From Lytechinus pictus (lineage: Eukaryota), in assembly GCF_037042905.1 (NCBI RefSeq), contig NC_087251.1, positions 22,818,001 through 22,878,000 of the forward strand: a stretch of 60,000 nt of DNA, in the 5' to 3' direction. A program made the translations under genes and the position numbers. Under the pieces are notes generated by a model. That model was not told the DNA's origin. It ran no database searches and was given only the letters and a program-made list of their open reading frames with translations. Shown here one piece after another: positions 1 through 11,400 of this stretch (position 1 is the stretch's first letter; the number at the start of each line of letters is the position of its first letter).

Positions 1-68
1 CAGCGACCTAAGGATAACAGTTTTCTTTCATCTACAGTCCTCCGCTCTACCAACTGAGCTATCGGTGG
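1..68 (-). tRNA. tRNA-Tyr(GUA) with 16-nt intron, 3' end truncated by window edge
   Basis: Reverse complement reads CCACCGA-TA-GCTCAGTTGGTAGAGC-G-GAGGA-CT-GTA-G-[atgaaagaaaactgtt]-A-TCCTT-AGGTCGCTG; anticodon at 33-35, intron 16-31 at the canonical 37/38 position. Confidence 0.93.
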
Positions 69-426
69 TTGCTTGTCAGAAGGGTGCAAGTAAAGTATAT
101 AATGGAATGATCGTTACATACGTCTATTATCGTCACGTGATCATGTTGTTATCACTAAATTTGCATAATTGAACAGTTTACACGGTCATGACGGTAATGG
201 AAGTCGACTCAAAGCAGTACAAGGGCCACAATTTCAGGGTAATGTTACCAAATATCATGATTTATATGTCCTTTAATATACTTTATCGAGGTTGAAGTAC
301 AAAAATGTTGAGTTTTAGTTGTCCTGGGAGGCTAGGACCGAGAAATGGTGCAACATCAGTTTGGGATCAGTCCCATCCATGTCAATCTATGTTAGGCGCC
401 GTTGGTACATCACTTCCACTCAAGCC

Positions 427-954
427 TAACCCAGAGAGCTCCCGCCCGCACAGCGGGCGGGAGCCCAGAAGCTTACCGTGTATTTTACCATTGTCACCGG
501 ACTAGGGTGATTTATGGTCTAAATATTTCTCCAAATGAATTGTGAAAACGGAAAGTATACAATTACCACGATTATATGGATAAAGGTCTAACGAGTGGCA
601 GATTCCTGACATCTGGGCACAGTCTGGAACCTCAAAAAACCGAAAAGTTCTCTCCTTCTACCCAGTCTCGATCGGCCATTTTGTTACGATTTTTAACAAA
701 AATGGCCGATCGAGACGGGGTAGAAGGAGAGAACTTTTCGTTTTTTTGAGGTTCCAGACTGTGCCCAGATGTCAGGAATCTGCCACTCGTTAGACCTTCA
801 TCCATATAATCATGGTAATTGTATACTTTCTGTTTTCACAATTCATTTGGAGAAATATTTAGACCATAAATCACCCTAGTCCGGTGACAATGGTAAAATA
901 CACGGTAAGCTTCTGGGCTCCCGCCCGCTACGCGGGCGGGAGCTCTCTGGGTTA
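427..954. mobile_element. 528-bp foldback/palindromic non-autonomous DNA transposon, copy 1 (AcademH- or MULE-like)
   Basis: Termini TAACCCAGAGAGC...GCTCTCTGGGTTA, arms inverted over ~260 bp, 9-bp TSD ACTCAAGCC at 418-426 and 955-963; superfamily is inference. Confidence 0.92.
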
Positions 955-1190
955 ACTCAAGCCTAGCCTCATTACATTTACATGCCGACGCGCACAGAAA
1001 AATCAAGCCATAGAAGTCGTGTGTTGTGGACACCAGAAGTAGCCAGGAGGCGGAAAGAGTTCCATATGCACCCCCCACCAAAAATAACAAAAGATTGTTG
1101 AGACTTCCACTGTTCCAGTTCGTTCACTTCTTCAGATTTTTCTATCATTTTTTTTACTGCTGCTTACCTTAGTTCACTCACACTAATACG

Positions 1191-1718
1191 TAACCCAGAG
1201 AGCTCCCGCCCGCGCAGCGGGCGGGAGCCCAGAAGCTTACCGTGTATTTTACCATTGTCACCGGACTAGGGTGATTTATGGTCTAAATATTTCTCCAAAT
1301 GAATTGTGAAAATGGAAAGTATACAATTACCACGATTATAAGGATGAAGGTCTAACGAGTGGCAGATTCCTGACATCTGGGCACAGTCTGGAACCTCAAA
1401 AAAACGAAAAGTTCTCTCCTTCTACCCAGTCTCGATCGGCCATTTTGTTACGATTTTTAACAAAAATGGCCGATCGAGACGGGGTAGAAGGAGAGAACTT
1501 TTCGTTTTTTTGAGGTTCCAGACTGTGCCCAGATGTCAGGAATCTGCCACTCGTTAGACCTTCATCCATATAATCGTGGTAATTGTATACTTTCTGTTTT
1601 CACAATTCATTTGGAGAAATATTTAGACCATAAATCACCCTAGTCCGGTGACAATGGTAAAATACACGGTAAGCTTCTGGGCTCCCGCCCGCGCAGCGGG
1701 CGGGAGCTCTCTGGGTTA
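1191..1718. mobile_element. 528-bp foldback/palindromic non-autonomous DNA transposon, copy 2
   Basis: Near-identical to 427-954, same orientation of the central spacer; 9-bp TSD ACTAATACG at 1182-1190 and 1719-1727. Confidence 0.92.
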
Positions 1719-3819
1719 ACTAATACGAGGTTAGTATATATGTATATATATATACGAACCTCGTACACCGGACCGTGTTTGACCGTAGATTTCGAAGTAG
1801 TCGGCAAACATTGCTTCATTGCTGAAGTAATATTTGCCGAAACTCCTTCTCGCTACGCACCGGGGCTCTTTCCGGTAAGTAGCAATACATAAAAAAATAA
1901 TACATATGATGTTTAACTAATTTCATTTAAAAAGAGCAAATTTCGCTTACCTCGGCCTAGCAAGTGACTTCGTTTGTCTCTTCTACGGAAATACAAGGAA
2001 GCCCGTTGGTGGCGCTAATAAATTTCACAACCTTGATTCAGCTCCTAGCTCGGTAATTTTATAACTGTGTCTAAATTCTTTGAATGCGCAATTCTTATGA
2101 TTAATTTATTAATTATGGGCACCAATAAATAAAATACCTTCAAAAAATTAATTCAAGATTACTATTGGCGATGATAACACTTTTGTTGCAGTTAATTTAA
2201 AACGATGACTAATATTTAAAAAAAAATTAAATACACATGCCTGGAACGAAACCAGCAGTTCAAGCAGTATTAACGAACGTCACGGTATACCAGAGTCTAT
2301 ACAATGAAAAGATTGGACACTTCACGGACTTCGCGTAATGCCTTGCGTCGATTTGCGTGTAAAATAGTGTAGGTTCCTAATCTTTCCCTTGTCGTGTCTT
2401 TGATATGAATATAAATCGCGCGCCCTCTTTAGGCGAAAATTGATATCTACGCTGACCAAACTTTATCTCCGTGAAATCTTCACTAAAGATCAAGAAAATA
2501 TACATATTTTTAAAAAGAAACTTCAAGGAGAAGTCACGGAAGGATCTAAATGATTCGGTAAGTGTCATAGCAGAATGTGAAATACCATCATTATTGGTGA
2601 TATTTTATGTGGGCAAAAGCCCACTATCTTTTAGACTTGACGTGTGTGTCGCGTGCATATGACTGATATTCCTTCGCACTCGAGATGATATGAACCCATG
2701 GGTGACCTTAGTTAGACTAGTTGGGACTCGAACTCACCTCAGTTGATCTGCAGTCAAGACCTTTCCCGCTATGCTAGCGAGAAGCGCTGATACCGGAAAG
2801 GGTATTTTTACGATTATCAGCCGATAGTTCGACTAGTCTGGACTCGCAGACCCTTTACTGACTAAATTAGACACTTCAGCCGGGCGGGCGATCGCGCGGA
2901 CACAGCGCTAGACGTAGATTTTTGCATTGCAGTGAATGGCGAGCGCATATCTAAAACACACAGTTCGCTCCGCTCGGCACTTTGGCCGAGCGCTGGAGTT
3001 GCATTCGGCATTGCTCGAAAAGACAGAGTCAGTTTCTTCCTTTATTCCGCTGATTTTGATTGGTCAAAAATTCCTGCGGTTGCTTCGTACATCTTCGGTA
3101 AACATCGGAAATATACAAGACGGAGTATCACTTACCTTCATGCGAGGGAAGGACCTAATATTCAGGTATTTATTTTTCTTTGCTTGAAATCACCTTCTTG
3201 TAATCATCGGATCTCTTGTAAACTCGGTCAGTAATAAAATTGTATATTTGAGAACATTTTGTTAAATTCTAATCAAATTTGGTCCGTAGAGAGCCTGCGG
3301 ATATGAGCTTCAGTTTTTTAGTGTCATGAGGTGTTTGTGAATCTGACTCGGCCGATCGAGCAGGGTTGTTTTGAGCGTATACGAACAGCTGTGAGTAACA
3401 TCATCCCCACTGCGTTGGGCCTGAGATTAGTCTTGGTATTCAGACACAGTATGTTTCAGCCGTTGTTTATTTTTTTTTAATTACGATTTGAGCTCTGTTA
3501 ATTAAGAAAATCAAATTTTTATTTTGAAAATAATTTTGTAGAATTCGTGTGAAATAAGTATTAAGAGCAAAACTGCAAGTAAACTTCAAGAATTTTGTTT
3601 GATAAGTGATTTTTTTTGTTGGAATGCGTCTGAATGTCTAGAATATGGTATTGTTAATGAAAGTCGTATTTTTGAATGGCACAGAAAGCTCCTTTCATGA
3701 ATTTAATTTAGAAATAGGTTTACATACATGAGATGTGTTTCATGAATTTGATATCTGATTTATGGACCTTTGTTAAGGTGTTAGTTATTATTTTGAAGAT
3801 ATTATGAAAAAATAAGAGA

Positions 3820-4015
3820 AGACAATAATGAGGCAACAGTGATGATGAGACATTAATAATATGAGACAATAAATATTGATACAATTATAATAATTATTAT
3901 TACAATAATAATTATGATGATTATGATTATAATGATAACAATTATAATTATAATGATAATAATTATAATTGTAATAATTATTGAGACAATGTTAATGAGA
4001 CATCAATTATCAATT
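3820..4015. repeat. degenerate (AAT/GAT)n low-complexity repeat
   Basis: Runs of aataat/gatgat/gagacaat. Confidence 0.7.
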
Positions 4016-4839
4016 ATCGTCCAGGGGTAGTTGCCCTTGAACCAAAGAAATCATATGCCAATACATGTATGTCAAATCAATCTGAGTACTTAGATTTAAA
4101 TAAAAAGCTTGTACAATTCCCCATAAGCTATGTATTATAAATGTGCCATGCCCAAAACAAAGAGAATAATAAGATTTCGCAATCTTCTTTTGTCCACAAA
4201 AAGCCCTGTTTTTTCATCACAAAGATGACAATAACTTGACTTCTAGATATCTGAATTTGAAAATTCAAACAGTTTTGTGAATCGTAGATATTGAGCCTCA
4301 TTGTGAGCCTATAAAATATGCTGGAACAGCCTTTCCTAATTTTCACCTTAAGTGCCTAACTAAATAAACCGATGTCTATGGACAATTACACGCACAAGAT
4401 CTCGCTCGAAATTTGACGGAATAAAGCCATATTTTGGTATGTATTTCCACTTCCCCATCATATATGTTCGATATTAGGGCTAGATATATTATTCTGAACC
4501 TTCTCCATGTTTTTATTTTCAATTTTAGTGGGGGGTGCATATGGAACTCTTACCCAGGAGGCTTCTAGAATGTAAAAATCATTTACTAACGTATGCTTAC
4601 TCTCAACGAAGCCAGGTATTCCTTCCCATTCATCTCCACCAGTACTCATGTCCATGTACCGCCGCGCTGAAAAACCTGAAACTTTCGCCCCCAAGATTTC
4701 TACTTTCCTTCTAGAAGATCTAGCCCTAAATCATGTATGTACATGGGATAAATCTTCATTTCCGACTTTTCTACGCTCTCGGTTTTATTTTTAAACAAGA
4801 ATTCATAAAAAAAATGAGAAAAATATTGTGAAAAGACGG

Positions 4840-5110
4840 AAGAGACTTGCCCGATGTTTACGCCGCCATCTTGTTTCTTATTGAGTATTGTACTTCCCCA
4901 ACGTTACGGACGCGTGCGTCGCGTAACGTTGGTGAAGTACCACTCACACGTATTGCGAGGTTAGTATTAGTATACTAACCTCGCACCATGAACCGCGTTT
5001 GGCAGTGGATTTCTAACTAGTGGGTCGCGCGTGCTGGGATCTTACTTCTGGTGTCCACAACACGACTTCTATGGCTTGATATTTCTGTGCGCAGCTGCAT
5101 GTAATGAACC
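4840..5110. promoter_or_regulatory. CpG-rich putative promoter-proximal region with YY1-type motif and hairpins
   Basis: CGCCGCCATCTTG at 4861-4873, local CpG enrichment, palindromes at 4890-4940 and 4954-4985, just upstream of the first coding exon. Confidence 0.45.
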
Positions 5111-5221
5111 CTTTGGTGGTGAAGTACAAAACATAATGCTGTCATTTATTAATGTGATGTGTTAAACTTTACAAACAATATATATTTCCTAATACAGATA
5201 TAAATTCCTGAAAAGCTTTTC

Positions 5222-5466
5222 ATGATGGCTACTTCTGGTCAGCATGTACCTGATTGTTCCAAGGGCTCTGGAGTTCATCCATTTGGACATGAAGTATCAG
5301 TCACACGGGATCAACTCCTCACTGCTTTCTTCAACCATCTATATCTTGGCCAATGGGAGTTAGCAAGTGCATGTGCTTCAAGCTTGGAAAACTTACAGGG
5401 AACTAAGGATCAAGTTGACATTAGAGCTGTACTCCGAGCTATCGTCAGACATCCGCACGGCATCAG
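5222..5466 (+). CDS. ZFYVE26: ZFYVE26 coding exon 1 (acceptor at 5198 implies an upstream non-coding exon)
   Basis: taatacag| at 5198, ATG 5222, HPFGHE/GQWELASAC, donor ag|gtat, phase 2. Confidence 0.9.
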
Positions 5467-8400
5467 GTATTTGGATTTCAATTGATTTAGTCTTTGTGGG
5501 CCTATTGCAGAAATGGTTGTGTTTAAAGGATACGTCCACCCCAACAAAAAGTTCATTTTAACAATAAGAGAAAGTTCCAACAAGCATAACACTGAAAAAT
5601 TCATCAAAATTGGATGTGAAATAAGAAAGTTTTAACATTATAAATTTTTTTTTAATTTCACAAAACAGTTACATGCACATCCTAGTCGGTATGCAAAAGA
5701 GGGGACTGATGAAATCTCCCACTCAATATTTATTTTGTGTTTCAATATATAAAAAATATTTTGATTTTCTCATCATGTGAAACAAAGTTTTATTCTTCCC
5801 TAAATTACCATTGTTATAAAATGTTATTCTTCAGTCACGTTTTGTCCTTATTGTGAAATCTATGAAAATTGAAATATTGTATTTAATTCAAACAATAAAA
5901 CGCAAAAGAAATAGTCAGTGAGGGACATCATTGACTCTCATTTGTATTATTTGAGTTGTGCATAAAATTATTTTGTGAAAAATAAGTGAAACTTTAAAAT
6001 GTCATAACTTTTTTTATTTAACATACAATTTTGATGAAGTTTTTTTTCATTACAATTGCTTGTTGGATTTTTCTCTATTGTTTCAAGTCAACTTTTTTTT
6101 TCTGGAGAGGACATGACCTTTAAAGGCATCTAAGTCCCATATGCGTTCATCTGAAAATCGGGTTGTATTTGATATTTTGAGTTGTATGTCATTGCAACTT
6201 TTTAGGCAGCGTTCTTTTATGCTTGGGATAATCTTGACTTTGTGATTTTATGTTGTAGTTTTGGGATAGTTTTAATAATAAAAGATGCAATGGATTTCAA
6301 CTTTGAACTTTAGAGACAGGTGTATTGTCTTATATGTACATAATCACTGAAAATAGCATCTCAGTATAATAAGAGGAATATTTACAATGGGTAATGGAAG
6401 TTTTTGTTCTATCTTAAATCTCTCTACGCAGTCTTGGTTTAGACAGTATTTCGTCTCCTCATCAACTGGCTTGGTTAGCATCACTTCATTTGAAACAAGA
6501 TAACAAAAAGGAAGAGGTAAGAAAGAGGTATTTCTTGTATTAAAGAATTGTCTAGCAATCAGTTTTCATTGGAAATTTTGACACCTGGGGGCCCCGTCTT
6601 ACAAAGGGTTACGATTGATCTGATCAGCCTCAACTATATGGAAATCCATTGATGTCGTAAATTTTTCTACAAGAAATTTGCACAATGTTCTTTGTAAACA
6701 ATGATGAGAACACTGAACTTTCAAGAAAGCGATGGATGTATGAATATACATCATATCTAGAAAATGTTTTGAACAAACAAGCATTTGGGATGTTGATGTT
6801 GCTGGCTTTCCATAGTTGTGGTTGATCGGGTCTATCGCAACTCTTTGTAAGACAGGGCCCTGTATACCCATCAACATGTATTTTCATTTATTCTGAGTGG
6901 AGGATTCATTACCAATTTATGACCAATAGATATTGTGTAGTTGTATATATATTCTTCTCCTTGCCTAAAAATATGGTTAGTCATCTCAGATTACTACCCC
7001 AGTTCCACTATCCCTGAATCAAGCAAATGAATGTCTATGATTGGATCCAATGGTAAAGTTTAATTGGTTGAGCAAATTAGAGACTTTTCATGAAGCTTGA
7101 TGTCAGCAAATGGAAGTTGACTTTGCATGAATTCTCTTTGTAGACTGACTACAACATAGACATTCAACAAATTTAAAATTCATTTTCTATTGCTAATGTG
7201 TAGCTCTAGGATACAATGTGTAGTTTGATTCATTTTTTTTAATGGTACATGTACATATAAGCAAAACTAATTATGATACCATTGAATTGTGACCAGTGAA
7301 TGATGATATGGGAAAAGCATATAATGCATTTATTCTAAGAATTGTGTGATACAAATGTGTGTAATGCAGAACTTGCTTCTGTAACACGCTGAATACAATG
7401 ATCAATAATATATTGTTTGGATTTTTTGTTGTTGCAAGTTTGATTTTTTTTTCTCATTTTGAATATATACTTTAAAAAAAATATGTTACTCAAGGTGAAG
7501 TGAGTGAAATGGTTGCTATTAAAAATCAAATAAACTACTATATTTACTTTTAATTTATAGGATTTATCTGCTGAGGATTACAGAGATGTTGAATTCAGAC
7601 TGTTACTATACCTAGCACATTCTGATAGTGACCCAGCAGTTTTGCAGGTGAGATGTTTAAGATTTTTTTTGTCTCTCTGCTATGAGTGGCATTACAGCAT
7701 TACATTGGTTAACTGTTGTTTTATCTGCTGTAATTAGAAAATAAATGCATTACCATGTAATGGTTAGCTTCAGACACCAATTCACATAAAAATTACATTT
7801 GTATTACATTTGTGTAAGTGTCCACTAAATAGCCACATATTTGTTTTTTGCTGTTTATAAAGTTGATGTATCTTTTATCAATGTACTTCATAATATTATG
7901 TTATAAGCCCAGATGTATTTGATGTTTAGTATTTATCATGATGGAAATGTCTACAATGTATGTTGTCATACCAGTGTATTCAAAGTATGGATTTCTAAAC
8001 TATTGATGAAGTTTATTATGATTAAATTTTGCTGCTTTGATTAAAAAATTGCTTAAATTATGTATTATGAATAATTAACATACTCATGAAATAAGAAAAG
8101 TGACAGGAAATAATTTTCATCAATACCTTTTGTTTACCTGCTTGATAGAATACTTCATCCTGTCATTAATTGATTATGCATAATTGCTTATTACATAAAA
8201 TTTCCAAGCATGTATTGAGCATTTTGTTTATAGGAGTGATTGCGAATAGATCTTTTTTCACTATTATTTTTGTTAATTGGTTTCTATCATAATTTTATTG
8301 CAGGAGGTATATATGTACTCAAAAGCTGTTCAGTTGCAACTCGATGCTGATCATCAAAAACTGGTTCAGAAGCAGACTTCGCTGCTGCCCCATCTTTCCA

Positions 8401-11400
8401 AAGACTGCCTCAAATTTCTGCTTTCAACTCTGAGCAAAGATGTCACACTGGGTCATACTATCATCCGGCGCCTCCTCCTCCCGACTCAAGACAAGATGGA
8501 AGAAAACAACTTAGCACTTCATCGGGTCTACGTCACTTGCCTAATGGAATGCGTGGTATCGTTAGAGTCCATAGATGACAGAGAGAGTGTTGTAGAAAAG
8601 GATCAAAAGGTGCAATCCATTTACAGTCTCTTAAATTATTTAGATCCTCCTGCGTCTCTACTACCTAGACTCCATATTGAGGAGCTGTTCACCAAGTTGC
8701 TTGGTCACCATCCAGGAATGTTGGATGAGGCTATGCTCACTGCGGTCTTTATGGGACGGGACTCAGACTTGTTGCTGCAAACCTTTCTGAAGGTTCAGTC
8801 TCGCATGAGATGGGAGTGTGTTGAGCAAGATGTGAGTAAGAGACATCCCCAGCTGAAGAGCATGTGTGCAGAGTTGAGGATCAACTATGCCATGTCAATG
8901 ATGGATGATAGAGAAGCTGCCTGGAGGAACCTCCTGTATTGGGTGTTAGAAAATGATCAACACGTTCTGAGCAAGATTGTGGTGAGTCTTATCTCTTGTC
9001 TAAATAAAATACATTCAGTGTTACGTGTGCAGAAAAACATTTTTAGAACAAAATTATGTGAAAATTAATACTTTCATAATTAAAATAAAAAATGCACCCG
9101 CTCTACAGAGAAGAACACTAAAATATAATTCAAGATATTATTCAGAGATCACGACTACAGTTTCATTGCAAGACTAGTGAATATCAGTGAACTGTTTGCA
9201 TGGGATAGCTGATAGACCATGAATTGCATGAAAGACCATTGAGAAACTGTTAAAAGATCAATGGTTTGTGAATGATCTTATAGGGGTCCTTTTACAGAGG
9301 CAAAGTTTTTATCTTGTCTTGGAGATGTCTGGGAGATCTTGCTATTTCAGGGGCTTTCATTGGTCTCTCAAAAGCCTCTGTTCTGTGGAATAGAGGCATT
9401 GAAGGACTTAATAGCAATGTTGAACACATTTGTAGCTATTCTTTGTAATCTCATAAGTTTTTTACTTATGGCAGGATACATGTTCAGGTATGGAAAATAT
9501 AAATGTTGATTCATGCAAGTACCTGTTAGACGTATTATTGTGTATTAAAACTGTGAGATTTTTTTTTGGTAATGCTTGCCTCATCTCTATAGATGTTTTT
9601 ATCATCACTGTTTGTGAGTTCGTTATATGTCATTCCTCTTCACTTTGATGTATTATCATTAGCTCTCTCAAACTCTCCCCCTTTTTTCTCTCAATCTCTC
9701 TCTCATTTTATCTATTCTTCCTTTCATATATTTTTTCAAAATTCTTCTCTCTCCTATTTCTTCACTCTGTATCTGCTTTTCTCCCACAGGAATTATCCTT
9801 GACCCTAATTCGAGAGAGGATGTATGATGAGCTTAATAGCCTTCTCCAGCCCAGTGAGTTTGCGCCCCTTAGACCCCTCATTTTACTGCTTGGATGGACT
9901 CATGTCGATGGCTGTTCAGCTGCTGAAAATCTCCTTCAGACACTATGGAAAAAAAAAGTAAGTACACAAGCCAATGACATATTTAATTTGGATTTATCAT
10001 CTTTGAATACATAATATCCAACACACGCTTCATAGATTTGTGCCACATTTGGCTACTCTTTCTGAGACCACTGATTTTAAATCATGGTTTATCTTTGTAA
10101 ACTCTTTAAAAAAAATTGTTATATTGATGATGTACAAGAGTTTTGTATAGGTAACCAATTCAGAGATTTATATCAAGATGAAAAAGTGCACAGGCAATGA
10201 ATGTTTGAAGAACAGCCTCCTTTTTAATTTTTGTATCGCCTGCATAGCAGAGCGAGACTATAAGTGCCGCTTTTCTGACAGCGGCGTCAACATTGAAATT
10301 TTAACCAAGGTTAAGTATTTGAAATGTCATCATAACTTTGAAAGTTTATGGACTTAGTTCATGAAACTTGGACATATGGGTAATGGTGTATTTAATACTG
10401 AACATCCTGCCTGAGTTTCAGGTCATGTGACCAAGGTCATAGGTCATTTAGGGTCATCGAACTTTGGACATGTTGAGGGTATTTGTTGAATTGCCATCAC
10501 AACTTTGAAATTTTATGGATCTAGTTCACTGATCGTTTTCTTCAGTCTTAGGTCACATAAACAAGGTCATTGAGAGTCAATTAACATACATGTAGTATTT
10601 TATTATCATATGAATGCTGTTTTTTGTGAATAATTATTCAATAGTTGTTTTCAAAGTCAGCACTGCTGGTATATTGAATCAAGTGATGCAAGCGAGACTG
10701 CCAGATGCATTCTACTTGTTGTTTAATACACAATGGCTGAGATGAAACATTTAATCTGTGCAAAATATGTAATGAATGTAACTTAAAAAAATATATCTAA
10801 AAATCTTGTGATTACTATCTATGGATTGTGTAATTTGAATTTTCAGCATGATGTTAAATACAGATGTAAACTAGTTTTGATAGTTAGGGTATAATGGTCT
10901 TGGATGTCAGAGAACGGAACCAGGCTAGGCAATCGTTTAAAAGAAATGAGTAACTTGTGTAACTTTTTAAAAGATAATTAACAAGATATGAATTAGTGTT
11001 TTGTATGTTTCAGGTTTCATTTACTATATTTTCTTACAGCCCATGTACAGTGAAGATGATGCATTGCAGCAGGCCTGCCATAGACTTCATCATGATGTAC
11101 AACTTATCCAGTGGTGCTTGGACAAAGTCAAGTAAGTCTGTAACTTTCATGGGGATAATAATAAACAATTATTCTTCCTGGAGAAGTACATGTAAATACA
11201 TGTATATTACTCAGTATGTTGTAGTTGTCTTCAGGTAAAATCTCTTACAAGCAAATGGTTGATATCAGGGTTTTAAACATTGAATAATAAACAATTAGCT
11301 AAGTTGTTCTTTTTTTTTAGGGGGGGGGGTGGGTGGGGATGAATAAAGCGCTGTTTTCTTGCATGTGTGGATTTTTATCAATAAATTGTGAAACTTGAAA

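Noticed and set aside
2932..4694. Short ORFs 2932-3234, 2936-3187 and 4458-4694 as separate genes
   Set aside because: Non-ATG starts, no recognisable domain, no convincing exon chain
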